A stretch of DNA of 63,797 bases, the filler included, from Hyphochytrium catenoides (lineage: Eukaryota; Protista; Hyphochytriomycota): the NCBI GenBank assembly GCA_900088475.1. It is 10 parts of 10 records of this genome, joined end to end, with 100 filler letters (N's around TTAATTAATTAA, not from the genome) between each part and the next. Parts side by side here need not be neighbours in the genome. Positions count along the whole stretch, not along the records: positions 30,575 to 52,470 come from FLMG01002190.1; positions 52,571 to 55,481 come from FLMG01002391.1; positions 55,582 to 57,221 come from FLMG01001954.1; positions 57,322 to 59,727 come from FLMG01004045.1; positions 59,828 to 62,511 come from FLMG01000461.1; positions 62,612 to 63,797 come from FLMG01001907.1; 4 more parts are not named here. One strand, given 5' to 3'. How positions within the stretch are numbered: position 1 is the first letter of the stretch; the number at the start of each line of letters is the position of its first letter. The position numbers and the translations under genes are program-made. Under the pieces are notes generated by a model that did no database searches, had not been told where the DNA came from, and saw nothing but the letters and a program-made list of their open reading frames with translations. Below are positions 50,653 to 63,021 of this stretch, piece after piece.

Positions 50653-52470
50653 CTATCCTTTCTTGCTCCTGATAGAATCCCATCCCTGAAACCTTTCTTT
50701 CGCCTTCTCTTTGGTTCCGTCTCTCTCCCTTGATATCCTAACATCTTCCGGCGACGATTGTTTGACATTAACGTAAGCCGCTTCCATCTCTCTGTCGCCT
50801 GGTGTCTCACTGACAACAATGAAGCTGATCCTCCCCCCCACTGGCTCTCCCTTCTGCTCGTCACTGCTGATGTTAGGTCGAGAACACGGAACGATTCTTG
50901 GGCATAGCTTTATATCAAGGAACTCCAAATGTAAGCGAGGGATGACTAGGAAGAGGGCCGTCGAAGGGCGAGGGCTGGACAGCTAATCGTTGACTCGATT
51001 CCTCCGCTGATTGTCCCCATTTTTTGCCTACTTATCGCTGCTTTTCTCTGCTCTCCACTCCGTCTTGTAGCTGAGCTCTCAGATGAAGAAAAGTTCGAGT
51101 GCGCATCGGACAATGGACGGCCCTAGTGGCCCTGATTCGGACCCGATGCTCTTCTGCTGCTCCTTCAAAAGGAACAGGTTCTACTACTTCTCAAGGTAAG
51201 AACTCTCTCTTCCCTTATTCCAGCTGACACTGTCTCTCTTGTTCCGGGGATGTATCTGCCGGTACTCCCGTCAATCCAAAGCCAGTGGATCTCTTCCGCC
51301 TTCATCTCTGAATCACCCCTCACTATACACTGCCCTGCTCCGTCAACAGGCACGAGCCTGAGGGAGAAGATGAGAACGGTATCGGCCGAGACGTTTTCAA
51401 TGAGAAGCCCTCTAAGGAAGAGACAGAGGTGGCGGCAGATACGTCCGGGAAGAGTGCCCTAGGACGGCAGGTGAGAGAAGCAATGTCGGCAAGCAAAGCA
51501 AGCGGTTCTCCCTCATCTTCTTCTCTTGCTGACCTCATCTCTCCACTGCTGGCAAACCTCATCCTGCCTTCACTCCTTAGCGCAGAGGGTCGTCCATTCC
51601 CCTTTCCTGACCTGTCTGCCAGCCACATCCATCTCTCGTCTGCCCTTAACACTCCGTCCCTCGCTCGCTGGCTAGGCTATTATCCGCACCACCATGGGAG
51701 ACATCTACCTCAAGCTCTTCGCTGACGAATGTCCAAGAACTATTGAGAACTTCTGGTGCGTACCTTGTGCTTACCTCTGGCGGCAAGCGCTTGCAGATGT
51801 GGAACTTCTTTTGGATTTTGACGCTTGGGCTTCGACTGTCGTGACCCTGGTCCAAGTGCCGTTTGAACTCTCTTCTTCTTTTTGTGGGAGAGACAGAGTA
51901 TCTGTTCGTATACTGTCTCGAGACAGACTCTCTTTTCTCTGTTCACTTTCTCCTTCTGACGGGTGTTTGTATGGCCATCTCTATCCTTTCATGTCTGCAC
52001 GCTGCAGCACCCACGCCAGGAGCGGCTACTACGACAATATTGTCTTTCATAGAGTTATCAAGGGCTTTATGATCCAAACAGGAGACCCTCTAGGTAGTCT
52101 ATCCTGCTCGACCAACCCTCTCTTTTTCTCTCTCCCTCTCTTTCTCTCTCTTTATAAATGTCTTTTGCTCTCTCTCTCTCTGCCCTATGCCTCTCTCTCT
52201 TTCTCATGATCTTTTGCTGCTGGCTCTCTTTCTCTCTCTGCTTTGTCCCTCTCTCTCTGCTCTTTCTCTCTCACTCTCGTCTCTCCCTCTCTCCCCCTCT
52301 GGGCGGGCTCTCTTCCCGGCCTCCTGGTAGTCTCCTCTCCGGTCTGCTTTCCTTGATCTGTATCCCTCCATCATCTAAAGGACTGTGCAGGAGACGGAAC
52401 CGGCGGAGAGTCAATCTGGGGCGGAGAGTTTGAGGATGAGTTCCATCCTTCTCTACGACATGACCGGCCT
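46707..52470 (+). CDS. PPWD1: WD40-repeat cyclophilin PPWD1 (CYP71-like), 3' truncated by contig end
   Basis: [30 protein letters not shown]...[88 protein letters not shown]|[28 protein letters not shown]|[11 protein letters not shown]. Confidence 0.96.
47497..47735. repeat. Imperfect direct repeat (about 85 bp, two copies) within a PPWD1 intron
   Basis: cattcatgc...cctcccgtttcact...ttcctctctccacgtttc.cacactct at about 47500 and 47653. Confidence 0.75.
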
Positions 52471-52570
52471 NNNNNNNNNNNNNNNNNNNNNNNNNNNNNN
52501 NNNNNNNNNNNNNNTTAATTAATTAANNNNNNNNNNNNNNNNNNNNNNNNNNNNNNNNNNNNNNNNNNNN

Positions 52571-53390
52571 TTCGAACTGCCTTTCTCCATGGAGATCTTG
52601 AGGAGACCATATACATGCGCCAACCCCCGAATTCGCTCAACCAGGACAGGAACATCTGGTTTGCAAGCTAAAGCGCAGCATTTATGGGCTCAAACAAAGT
52701 CTTCGCCAATGGAACAAAGTATTAGACAGTTATCTTCGCGACAACGGATTTGAACCCCGCTTGTGTGAACCTTGCGTCTACATCAACAGGTCCGGGGAGG
52801 ATGGCAAGCCGACCATCGTTTCGACTTTTGTAGACGACCTGCTGATCTTCGCGCCAAGCAACAATCGTGCGGATTAAGTTAAAGGACTTCTAAAGGACAG
52901 ATTTTGATGCGAAGGACTTAGGAGAACTCCAATACTTCCTAGGAGTAGAAGTTATTAGGGATCGACAGAATCGGAAGATTTACTACCTACGCCAACGAAT
53001 ATTCAAGACCTCCTGAAGCGTTATGGCATGGAAGATTGTAACCCAATCAGCACGCCTGTTACTCCTGGCGAAAAGCTACCCAAGGCAGACTCTCTCTCTC
53101 CATTGACTTCTGAAGAGGAGCAGTATTTACTCGAGATACCGTACAGGAATGCTGCTGTTGGCAGTCTTCTGCATCTGATGGTAGCCTCCAGGCCGGATAT
53201 AGCCTTCGCGGTACAATCGGTTAGCCAGCATATGACTAACTATAGACAGACTCACTGGACCGCTGTGAAGCGGATACTGAGATATCTGGATGGGACTGCA
53301 GACCACTTCTTATGTCTAGGAGGAGAAGCAACCCCAGACATCATCAATCAGAGTCCAAGACTACAAGCTCTATCAAGGGCTATACCGAAG
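52571..53390 (+). mobile_element. Ty1/Copia reverse transcriptase and first codons of RNase H, pseudogenised
   Basis: AFLHGDLEETIYMRQP, CKLKRSIYGLKQS, EPCVY, FVDDLLIF, KDLGELQYFLGVEV, VGSLLHLMVASRPDIAFAV, HWTAVKRILRYLDGT, IKGYTE; internal stop and frameshifts. Confidence 0.93.
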
Positions 53391-55044
53391 CCTGCAGGGC
53401 TAGTCTTCGAATATCTGTGTGGTTAAGATGATTAAGGCGTTTGTGCCACAGCAGGGTGATAGGCTCTTGCTTGCTCGTAGCTGCGGCTAGTCTTGGAATA
53501 GAAGGGTCACTTTGTCCCCGTGCATCGTCATTGTCCGAGGAGTAATAGACGGTTCCATTGGTCAAACCAATACGTCTCACTTGTTCTTGTGAGGTTAACT
53601 TTGCAATGTCCTTGACCACTGAAGGACTGAGAGTGTAAGCTCCATTCGAGGTAAACAACACTGCTTCACCAGAGGAGTCTTGGATGTATTGTCCAATAGA
53701 GAGAAGATGCTTTGGAAAGCCTGGTGCATAAAGCACATTCGGCAGTTAGAGAGGGGCGGTAGCTCTATTGGCAGCAGGGATAAGTATGCTTCCCTTTCCC
53801 ACGGCAAAGACTGGCCGGTTGTCAGCGGTAAAGAGAGGAAGAGGGTCAATAGAAGTGACAGAAGAGGGAAAGAGTGATCGATCTCCAGTAATGTGACTGG
53901 AGCATCCGCTGTCTAGCAGCCATTTGTGGCTGCTCTGGACGGCTTTCGCCTTCGCTGCGGTCTGCTGGATAGAAGCTAGGGTAAGGGATTCACCAGAGTC
54001 GACAGAAGACTTTGTATACTGATTGGCTAAACCCAATCCATTAGTGTCAACTGATAGAGCTCCTGGTGAAGAAGAAGTGGAGGATAGGAGAGCAGCTATG
54101 AGGGCACTGAGTTGATGAGTATTGCTTTTACGGGGCTCCTGTACCACCGGCAACTCGTCCAAGTGGACGCGAGACATCCAGCCAGTTGGCCTGCGAGCAG
54201 CGTTCTCCGGAAGCTCCAAACAGTCTGCGCTGTTATGTCCCTTTTTCCGGCAGATGCCGCACTGCCTTCTACCACGCGCAGGTTTCTCCTGTCTTCGCTG
54301 ATCTGGGGGATCTTTCCTTTTCCTTTCCCCTGGAGCAGAGAGAGCATTCATTTCCGAAGAGGGGAGATTATCCTGAAAGTGTACAGAGCTAGACACTCTT
54401 CTCTGTTCATCAGCCATAATACGGTTGATGACCTCATTTGCAGGCAGAGAGGAAGTCCCTAGGACGTACAGGTGGCTCACTATAGAGCCAAAGGAGGGAG
54501 GGAGGCTTTGGAGAATTGAAGAGATCAGGATTGTCTCATAGATGTCCTGCTGGTTCTCTTTCTTCGTTCTCCTTTCGAAGATATCCTTTAGAGCCTCTGT
54601 CCTCTTCTGTTTCATGGTGGTCAGGTGGGATCTCAGAGAGGTGGTGCCTCCAGAATCAAACCTGGAGTTGGTGATCTCCTGACGACGCCTGAGGACGTTG
54701 TCCCCTTCCTTTCCATCCATCTGCTCCTGTAGTTTGAGCCATCCGCGTACGCTGATTCTTGCCCTTCCAGCAGCGACAGGAGCTCATCAGAGACTAGGGG
54801 AACCAGTTTGTTGATTGTCTTCCGATCATTCTTCTTCCAGTTCTTCTTGCTTGTCTCTGTGAAATCCTTACTGGTGAGCGGGTCTTTTATCAGCCAGCAG
54901 TGTCTGACTCTCATCCTCAATGTGAACGAGGAGGTCTTACTCATCCAGGTAACTTCGTACCCGGCTTGACCAAATAGGATACTGGTCCTTGCTGTGTAGA
55001 ACAGCGATATTGTGCGGATGAACTCCGCCTTCCTCTAATGTCAT
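53391..55044 (-). mobile_element. Ty1/Copia gag, zinc knuckle, aspartic protease and GAG-pre-integrase segment, pseudogenised
   Basis: YPIWSSRVRSYL, ILQSLPPSF, CGICRKKGHNSADC, WLLDSGCSSHIT, LYAPGFPKHLLSIGQ, LWHKRLNHLN; stops and frameshifts. Confidence 0.92.
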
Positions 55045-55581
55045 TTTATGCGACAGGATCGTCACTCTAGCAGCTCAAGTGAGAAGAGGAGAAGCAACAG
55101 TCACGACCAACGGCGAGTGAGACCTGCATTCTTGCGAAGCTAACCCGTAAGCCTTACCACGCTCAGCCCCGTAAGACAACAAGATTGCTGGAACTTCTGC
55201 ACGCCGACGTTGGCATTGTCAATACTCGTAGCTATCAAGGTTGATGAAGTTTACAGAGCTGGGTTGCAATGCCTGAAGCTTCTGTATGAGCACAATCTAG
55301 ATGCAATGATAACAAAGGGACTTGGTATTGATGTCTGTGAAGATTTCTCTGAAAATCACTCAGTCCTGAGAGCCTGGTCTGGACTCGAGATCTTTTGCTC
55401 GGCCCAGCTTCCCTCATCATCTCTCTCTCCTCTGGTGCTCCTGTGTTCTTCTGGAAATTCTTCTCACATCCCTCTTTCCCANNNNNNNNNNNNNNNNNNN
55501 NNNNNNNNNNNNNNNNNNNNNNNNNTTAATTAATTAANNNNNNNNNNNNNNNNNNNNNNNNNNNNNNNNNNNNNNNNNNNN

Positions 55582-57221
55582 GGGTATCCAACCTTCTGCG
55601 TCGACCATAAGGCGATCGTCGTCTCTCTACACCGAATCGGCGGCGAGGAGGAGATCTGGACCGGGATGGGAAACGCCCACGGCGAGGAGGAGACCTATGC
55701 GGTGAAGATTAATCTCGGGTTAATAATAAACAAAGGCACACGCGGGACCCTGTAACACTCTTATAGAAAAGAAGGTGACTCCTGGGCAGCCAAGAATATT
55801 ATAGAACTACTAGGATAGAGATGTAGTACTGCAGTGACCTCGGAAGTGAGCCCAATGTCTTAGTCGGAAAGAGCTGAGAAGTATGCGGCACCGAGATCAA
55901 AGAGCAGGACTTACCTTCTTCTATTGAAGGGTGAGGGGCTTCTCCTCCTGAACGGGGGACGGCCTCCACCTCTGGATAAAGATAGAAGATCAATACGGCT
56001 TTCCCAACCTTCTTTTAGCATTGTGGCGATCTCTCCATTCTTCCTCTTCGAACACCGTGCGTCTTCCCGAGCCCAAGGCTATAAAAAATGTAAATAGGTG
56101 TTTGGAGAAGCACATACCTGCCGCGATTACGTGGGGGAGATCTCCCTCTGCCACCCCCGCCAAAACGCCTACCTCCTCCAATAGGAGAACGTCCACGTGG
56201 TCTTCCACCTACAAGCCGGGAAATAGAGGACGAACAAGGCAAGGATTTGAGGTTAGGCAAGAAGCGGCAGCAATTGAATGAACGCATGGAGATCAAAAGG
56301 AGAGTAGGATAGGGTGACGAGCTGACAGAGAAGGATCACTGAAAGGTAACAGCAGCCAACTATCCCACGAGCAGAAATGCGTTGCACTTCCAGAAATCTT
56401 ACGTGGGCTCCGAGGGCTGCGAGCTCTGGACCGTGAGCGTGATATGCTCTTTCTCCTGCGATCGGGGCTGCCACCGATCCTCTTCCGTACAAGCAAAAAG
56501 TTGACGCTGCAGACATTGCCGTCTAGCTGGGCCTGTACAGCCAAGTGTCGAAAAGACTTAGCTTATTAAACACTGAAATGTATACGCTTAGTTCTATAAG
56601 GACAATTCCCGCTTCCTAGGACCGTGTCCTCATCTTACCTCGTCCATGTATAGCTGTGCTTTCTCCGCGTCGTCTCTGACCGCAAAGTGTATGTAGGCGA
56701 ATCCCTTCAGTAAGTAAATTGAAGACCATCATCAGCTTAACATGGCAGACGGCACCGAGCGAGCACTTGGTTACTATATACCTTAGGGAGGTTCACTCTT
56801 TTGTCCATTGCCAGCTCAACTCTCGTAACCTTCCCAAACTTGCCGAATATTTCTCTCAAATGGTCCGCTCCCACATTTCTGCGAGAGGTCAAAGGATTAT
56901 ATGTCAGACCTTACGCGACGGACTAGAACTCAAGGACAGAAGAAGAATTTCCGCTAGTTCAAAGTACAGGAAATTAGTGAGAAATGCCCTTCACCTCGTC
57001 AAGTTCGCCACATGAAGAGTCGTTATCTCCGGGGATGGCGACCGCCGCCTGCGAGCCTAGATGAGATGACATCGCGGGAAAGTAAGCATCAAGTCAACAA
57101 CAAGACGTAATCCCCTCTTACCGCCGTAGGAGACGAGCTTCGACTGCCGCTGCGGCTGACACTTCTACTTCGCCTGCTGCTGCGACTACGGCTTCGGCTA
57201 GCGGACACGCCTGGACTCCGA
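55582..57221 (-). CDS. RNPS1: RNPS1/SR45-like RS-RRM-RS splicing factor, partial at both ends
   Basis: Ser/Arg-rich exon, then LHVANLTR|NVGADHLREIFGKFGKLREVELAMDKRVNLPK|GFAYIHFAVRDDAEKAQLYMDE|AQLDGNVCSV, then RS/RSP repeats. Confidence 0.88.
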
Positions 57222-59903
57222 NNNNNNNNNNNNNNNNNNNNNNNNNNNNNNNNNNNNNNNNNNNNTTAATTAATTAANNNNNNNNNNNNNNNNNNNNNNN
57301 NNNNNNNNNNNNNNNNNNNNNAAGATGTTAAATAGTTGCCGTGACCGCAGAGAGAAATAGACGGAACGCAGCACTCCACTGGGTGCAATCTTCACGCGAG
57401 AAGAAGCCTTCGCGGTCACCGCCGCCAGGGCAATAGCCGATGCCATCGCCACGGCAGGAATGGCAAATTTATATGCCTTCTTTTTGATTGCCTGCATGCT
57501 GCTTGTTCACCTTTTTCGAGGAAGGCAGACGTAGGCGCAAGCCCGCCTCAAATCTGGAGACACTCTGAGTAATGGGTCTCGATTAGAGATTATTGATAAT
57601 GAACCCCTTGCGGCGGCTGACAGAGACTATGCCGGAACTTCAAAAGTCAGAGGCGCAGACTTGTTGAGCTCGCAACAGCTAGCAGTCACAAAGGAGAAGG
57701 GTCAGACAGCACAACAGAGATCTTTCGAAAGGTCTCTTTGGCTCCCAGCTTAGCCAATCATCAACGGTGCCCCCAAACTCAAGCTATCAACAGACCAAAG
57801 CAGAGTAAGAGCCAGGACAGGGCAGAAGATGAGGCGGGCGGCGATGATGGCTCTCTGTTGGCGGCTGTCCAAGGTGCCACAGCCGCTGGTCAAATGTCCT
57901 GATAAAGGATCAGACCTACTGACCAAAGTTGCGATAACAAACTTCAAGACCCGAAAAGAAAGTTCCAGCAATAACACGAACCTCGGCTGTTGGGTTGGGA
58001 TGCACGAAACTAAGAGGTCTGATCACTGAAGCTGAAGGCTGACTCATCACCCCCGCACTTCAAGGTTTTTGCAGGTCATTGATTTCCCAACACCTTCTGG
58101 AATAGCGTCAATATCAGGTACACCGCTCGCCACTACGCTAATGTAATAGTTAAGGATAGTAATATGTGTCAAAGTAAGTCTAATTGTTTAGTTGCGATTG
58201 ATCGAGTATACGACTAAATAAGGCTAGGTGGGTTTCTGGGCTGATGACACAGAAATAAATTTGCCATCATTCCATGGATCATGATGATAAGCCATCAGCC
58301 ATAGTTTTGGCAAGGCCGTGTACCTTCCGATTGGCACTCTTGCTTTGGTCAACTTGTCCTTGATCTCCCAGATTATCGGCTTGACTGTTGGAACCTATGC
58401 ACAACCTGACCTATTGCACCATCTTTACCTCATCATCAGCGAACAATAATAGCTCTTTTTGTTATCTTCTTCTATCTTCTTTTCTGCTTTTTTTTTAGTT
58501 CATCATTTGATCACTGACAGCTTCTGTCCTGGCGGAGCCGACCTCGTGAGGCTTTATCGAACGTCATCATTATCCATTCTCGGCACTTCTCCTGCCTGCA
58601 ATAATCGAGTGACTGGATTCAAAGACAACCGGACGAGGAGCAAAGCTGTACTTCTTATTACTCGTGTCTGCCAACCCTGCTGATCCTGGAAGGGTGCCAT
58701 GAAAGTACTAGCCACACCAGTGATTATTATTGAAGCATAATAGCCCGGCAGCACCATCGTTTTTCCTTGGAAACAAAGGTAATAAAAACTCATCAGCAGA
58801 TCTTCTCTATATAATAAAGATAGTAATCCTTTTTAAAAATTAGTAAGTCACGAACAGTAGTGCTGCTCTTGTGGCATGACATACTGGCGAGCCAGATCCC
58901 TCTAAGACTTCATGGCGTTTCTGATAAAAGAGTGGAAAGTAGTCTCGCTCGACAATGAGGGTGTCGATCATGTGCCTGCCCTGCTGCTGCACCCAGGTAA
59001 AAGAGTAGGAAATGGGACCATGGTTCAATCCTCGCCAGTTTGCAGAGCTTCCCCAGGGGTGAGAGTGAAGGCGGTTGGGCAGGACTGGGGGGTTTGTTCT
59101 TGGACCACTGTCAAAAAGGTAACATATCAGACTGCATGAACCGCACGGATTACAGAATCCCCATCATACTTATTCTGAATACCCTTGTCTTTGGGGCGGG
59201 TGGGCTCTGTGGTGTGGTTTTTGTTTTTCTGATGAGAGGAAGTGGCAGAGTGTAAAGCGGCAGCACCAGCAGCTTCCGCTTCGCTTCTTCCGCTTCCTCC
59301 CTCGTAGTTCTGTTGTATCTTGTTCTTGTCTCTTCCTGCCTGTTGCTGCCTCGTTGAAGCTAGCGCAGACCCACCAGCAGCAGACTCAGTGAGCCGTCAG
59401 AGCTTTTATCTAGAGGCAGAGGTCTCTGACAGCCGAAAGGTCTTGGCGTTACTCGTTCTCAGTGTCTCTTTGTCTGCCTTTGCCAGCATTCGCGAAGCGC
59501 TCTAGTATGCGAGAGCCTTTGTTTCTTAGGCACTGGTGGCTGATACTTGACTAGCCCACCTGGCACTTGTGAGTGCCCAACGAACGCCGGTTATCCTGTA
59601 CCGTGGACTGGGAGGCGACGACCAATTTTATATAGTATCTGTCAAGGACCATTGGAAGAATGAGCGAGGGGTCCTCATCTACCTCTAAGCAGATGGAACT
59701 GCAAGAAGTAATGGACTTCCTGCAGTTNNNNNNNNNNNNNNNNNNNNNNNNNNNNNNNNNNNNNNNNNNNNTTAATTAATTAANNNNNNNNNNNNNNNNN
59801 NNNNNNNNNNNNNNNNNNNNNNNNNNNGAGAGAGAGAGAGAGAAAAGAGATGCACAAGGTGCACCAGGCTGTTTTGAGAGATACCAGTTTCCCTAGGCCT
59901 TAC

Positions 59904-59981
59904 CTCCGGGCGCTGAGTGAGTTCTCCTACCAAATCATCAACTGCTTCCAACGCAGCGGGCAGCACCGTGTGCCCCACCAT
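59904..59981 (-). CDS. Possible first exon of an unidentified gene
   Basis: ATG...MVGHTVLPAALEAVDDLVGELTQRPE followed by a gtaagg donor near the contig end. Confidence 0.3.
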
Positions 59982-60380
59982 CGTTCTCTCTCTCTCTCTC
60001 CTCTTTCTCTCTCTCTCTTTCCCGCTTCTTCGCGCTCTCTCTTCTTCGAGACTTCTCTGATATGTCGTTGTATCCTTGTCTCTCCTGGCAGGGATTAGCT
60101 CTTTGTCCCTTGACAGAGAAAACTGGAAAAGTCCTGCAGAGATTGGAAACTCTGAAGGTCGCAGGAGACAGAGCGCAGAAGCATCAGAATCACGGCTCCG
60201 GGCTTTCTCATTCAGTCCCAATGGTCATCCCTCACTTCCATGCCTCTCCTATCATCTCTCTCCCTCTCCCTCTCCATTTTCTCTCTATCTCTCTCTTTCT
60301 GTCTCTCTCTCTTCCTTTCTCTCTCTCCCTCCCTCTCCCTCTCTCTCTCCCTTCTCGCACTCCTCTCCGTCTCCTCTCTC

Positions 60381-60411
<31 letters not shown>

Positions 60412-60442
60412 NNNNNNNNNNNNNNNNNNNNNNNNNNNNNNN

Positions 60443-60485
<43 letters not shown>

Positions 60486-61723
60486 GACATGTCAACCTAG
60501 AAAAGTTTCCTTTCCCCACCAACCATCCTCTCTCCCTCCCTAACACGTCGTCCGCGTTATTGCAGTGTGTTCAGATTGTACACTATTATACACAAACCTC
60601 CATTTGGACTCGGAGCATGTTCTAAGACCCCATCAGATTGATCTACAAAGGAGTCAAAAGGGGGCTTAGACTGTCCTCAAAATAATCGCAACAATCCAGA
60701 ACCCTTCCTTTTACTGTATAAGGGCCAAAGGGCTTGTAACTTCGGGGAATACATTTGTAGCTCTTGTTGCCTTTTCTTCTTCTCTTTTTGTCTGCTCGTT
60801 CTTCTTCCTCTCCCTCAATAATAATAACAAGAGGAAGAGAGGATGGAACGCCAAGACATCGTCATCCTTATTTATATTCGATCAGGCAAGCAAGAGTATT
60901 GTCTCAATGCCCCGATAACTGCGGTTCACGATCGTCAACCCACTCCTCCATACGAGTCTTCTCTCTTCCAGAGGCTCTATACTCTCTCTGTCAACGAGAT
61001 CTATGCTGATGGAGTTGCTTTTGCCTTTTCATGGTGATTGTTGCAGTGTGGAAGAGCTTTTATTATTACTTAGACGTAGGTGAGAGAAGAATTCTGGCAA
61101 GGGAAGGAGGTTGCCTGTGTCTTCTATGTCTTTTTATAAAGAAGACACTCGTTGCCGTCTTCTACAGGCGATAATTGAGGCGTCGCCGGGCCTGAGGAAA
61201 GGTGGCCACGTCCTCACATAGAAAAGTGATAAGGGCTGAGTACAGAAGCGGTAAGGGCTATGTACAGAAATGGATAGCATTCAACAATGAAGCGTCCATA
61301 AGTAGATAGGAGGAGCCAGTGAGAATGACAGTAGCCGTCCAGAGCCGACCACAGTCCTTTGCCTTTGCTGGAGAAGAAGGGCCCACAAAATGTCTTCTTG
61401 GGAGAGAGGATGGACGTTGGCAGCCCCGCCTTCTACTTGCTAGCTCTAGCAAAGGGAAAGAGAGAGACACACTGGAGAGAAATAAAAAAAGAGAGAGAAA
61501 AAGAGCTTGGACCCTGGCTCTCCCTAGACTTTGCTTTGCCAATGGCCTTTCTCAATATCCTACTTGGCCGTCTCTGAACAACTTCGATAGGGTGAAGAGG
61601 TCGCCCGGCGCTGTCTGTCAGGAGACTAACCGACAGCTCCCGTTGCATTGAAGCGTACGAAGGATAGAGTAGGGAGCAGCGCACTCTAAGAGGAAGTGAG
61701 GGGAGAGAGCGAGAGACGCAGCT

Positions 61724-62462
61724 CTATCCTCTCCGTGATCTCCCACTCTCTGGTCCATAGCTCGCTTTCTGTTGCTCTCTCCTTTTCTTCTTGTCCTCCA
61801 CTTGTGCGTCAGAGAGGGGGAGGAAGTACAGCGGCGGCTCTGTCTCAGTCTTCAGGAACAAGTCATCAATAGTGTAGGACACGGGAGGATCCACTGCCAG
61901 GTAGACAAAGAGTCAGTTACCGCAGGCCTCGCTCGCTTTAGACGGCTCTTCCTTTGCACTTCGTCCCCATCGCAGCCCCGCTCCGACTCTCTGGCTCGCC
62001 TCTCACACATCTCTCTACGTCTTTGCCTGCTTATGGTGGCACTGACCTGTTCCTCTTCTTGACTCTCGTTTTTCAACGGTCTTCCTTGGTGCTTCTCTCT
62101 CCCGTTGCCCGGTTCTGCCTTGAGCCCTCCCTCTTCCGTCTGGTTCTGCAGCTTTCTAAGGGTGCAAATGTGACAAGGGGCCGCCGTCAGCAAGCCAATG
62201 AGAGAGCTCGTGTAGAGCAAATGAGCGCGAGAAAGAGCGCAAGATAGAGCGCAGCCATACCTACCCATCAAGATAAGGAATAGGCGTAAGAGGAAGGAGG
62301 AAGAGAGAGCGACAGTATGAATAGCCTCAGGTCACAGGACTGAGAGGCTACATCGCGATAGCTCACCTCCATCGCTGTGATACTTGAGAAGTCAGCCACA
62401 AGAGGTTTGCCAAAGGGAACAGGCCATACTTTCCCGTAGAGACCGCGTCGCGCTGTCTCTGC
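61724..62462 (-). CDS. ACIN1: Acinus (ASAP complex) C-terminal part: end of RRM and RSB motif; 5' truncated
   Basis: AETARRGLYGKVWPVPFGKPLVADF (Acinus RRM end), linker exon, TIDDLFLKTETEPPLYFLPLSDAQV (RSB motif); three phase-consistent exons, TAG at 61724; frame absent from the ORF track. Confidence 0.85.
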
Positions 62463-62744
62463 CTACAGGAAGCAAAAGAGAGCAAATGCGGCCACCACAA
62501 AGGGTATGTTANNNNNNNNNNNNNNNNNNNNNNNNNNNNNNNNNNNNNNNNNNNNTTAATTAATTAANNNNNNNNNNNNNNNNNNNNNNNNNNNNNNNNN
62601 NNNNNNNNNNNAAGTTACAGCGATTTCCGCAGTGACCCACTCGTGGACGGGCGCTTTCTACTTCTACTGTAGTTCGTATTCCTACTGTACAGTAGTGCCG
62701 AAGCAATAAAAGTTCGTGTATCTTTGTGTTGGAGCCAAAAGATT

Positions 62745-62816
62745 GGGCCGTTCCGGGAATTGAACCCGAGACCTCTCGGACCCAAACCGAGAATCATACC
62801 ACTAGACCAAACGGCC
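62745..62816 (-). tRNA. Nuclear tRNA-Pro(UGG), intronless
   Basis: GGCCGTT...AACGGCC acceptor stem, CTCGG-TTTGGGT-CCGAG anticodon arm, GGTTCAATTCC B box, TTTT a few bases downstream. Confidence 0.95.
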
Positions 62817-62889
62817 AACTTAACTGAAATGTAGGGGTTACAGGACCCTAATTGAAACCTTCATCTGCATACAGAAGTCTAGCCTCGTT

Positions 62890-63021
62890 GATTGGCCGTA
62901 TCTTCCAACCTCCTTCTTTTGCTGTGCTCTGATTGGCCCAGTTATCATGCCATCAAAGCCATCAATCAGTCAATGAGCAAATCAGACTCAAGCATTGAGA
63001 GCCCTGAGGAATCTGATTGGG
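62890..63021 (-). promoter_or_regulatory. Cluster of TGATTGG (reverse CCAAT) boxes upstream of tRNA-Pro
   Basis: ATTGG at 62891, 62932, 63016 with TCAATC-like variants between. Confidence 0.3.

Noticed and set aside
55045-55481. Copia LTR and primer-binding site
   Set aside because: No recognisable tRNA-complementary PBS and no second LTR copy to define boundaries
46707-62462. Apparent splicing gene cluster (PPWD1, RNPS1, Acinus; two ASAP complex subunits)
   Set aside because: The genes are on separate contigs joined by linkers; no physical linkage is shown
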